In this document: positions 24,328 through 24,805 of the stretch, in pieces
Layout: each line of letters starts with the position of its first letter
Numbering within the stretch: position 1 is the first letter of the stretch
NCBI GenBank assembly: GCA_002189035.1
Contig: NEEC01000434.1
Span: 1-24,805, forward strand
DNA: 24,805 bases
Source: Utricularia gibba
Lineage: Eukaryota > Plantae > Magnoliophyta
Direction: 5' to 3'
The notes under the pieces: model-generated
What the model was told of the DNA's origin: nothing
Seen by the model: only the letters and a program-made list of their open reading frames with translations
Databases searched by the model: none
Program-made: the position numbers and the translations under genes

Positions 24328-24805
24328 CACATCTTTAAAGGATCATCTCGAAATCCAAAATTTCACATCGTCCCATGAAATACATACGTCTTGCATGTCA
24401 AAAATCACATTCGCATCGAGTCAGGTCCCGAGTCACATTTTCGCGAATGTGGTGGCCACTTCGTTGCACATCTGAAGGCTAATATAAGGCAATCTTTCGA
24501 GCATTTGTGCAGCTTCGACGAACAAGTTCTCAACACGAAAGAAGACCGGCTCGGAACGAGCTTCGAAACGGTATGATATGTGCAACATGACTCATCACCG
24601 TTCGCAAGATATCCACTCGATACCGAAGAGTGCACGAGGCCACCATGAGGTGGTGGCTAGGGACACACCCTTAAATGATCATCTCGAAATCCAAAATTTC
24701 ACATCGTCCCATGAAATACATACGTCTTGCATGTCAAAAATCACATTCGCATCGAGTCAGGTGTCCCGAGTCACATTTCGCGAATGTGGTGGCCACTTCG
24801 TTGCA

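Larger units (their letters stand above)
1..24805. repeat. Tandem satellite DNA array, 339-bp monomer, about 73.6 copies, head-to-tail, single orientation
   Basis: The anchor ATGATCATC recurs 74 times, a few copies degenerate (69, 410, 748, 1087 ... 16967, 17306 ... 24002, 24339, 24675). Clean units are exactly 339 bp apart (748-1087, 15271-15610, 16967-17306). Mean spacing is 337 bp because of small deletions. There is no intervening unique sequence. Confidence 0.98.

Noticed and set aside
122-24635. All ORFs in the supplied track as protein-coding genes
   Set aside because: They are the same few peptides repeated with the monomer. Their ends shift with random indels, I recognise no domain, every frame has at least one stop per unit, and variants do not preserve frame.
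1-24805. CRISPR array
   Set aside because: There are no unique spacers. The full 339 bp is repeated and no cas genes are present.
1-24805. Rolling-circle concatemer of one 339-nt circle
   Set aside because: Linked multi-site haplotypes (GTTGTGG, insertion, CATATG) recur in spaced units, which a single template would not give. It is not fully excluded without read metadata.
1-24805. Embedded transposon, telomeric repeat or array inversion
   Set aside because: All 74 anchors are evenly spaced in one orientation, leaving no room for an insertion or strand switch.

Overview
The whole 24,805-bp window is one uninterrupted head-to-tail tandem array of a 339-bp monomer: 73 complete units between 69 and 24674 plus partial units at both ends, all in one orientation, with no unique sequence. 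The consensus monomer (cleanest at 16967-17305) is about 47.5% GC by my hand count and has no CpG depletion (23 CpG, obs/exp about 1.2). This is best read as eukaryotic satellite DNA. I cannot assign the family or organism. No credible protein-coding gene, RNA gene, transposon or CRISPR array is present, and every ORF in the track is a repeated by-product of the monomer. The informative signal is in the variants. There is a longer B-type junction (+7 bp TGGCATC, linked GTTGTGG and CATATG), hints of a 4-monomer (~1.35 kb) higher-order repeat, a left-to-right change in variant spectrum, C>T changes mostly at CpG, and two distant units sharing a GG>CC change that perfects a 14-bp palindrome. Most other differences are short deletions in homopolymers, as expected from imperfectly polished long-read sequence, so all variant-based claims need read-level confirmation. 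I found no convincing new biological system. The most speculative lead is a 125-nt minus-strand segment closed by a 9-bp terminal stem with patchy 5S rRNA-like words.
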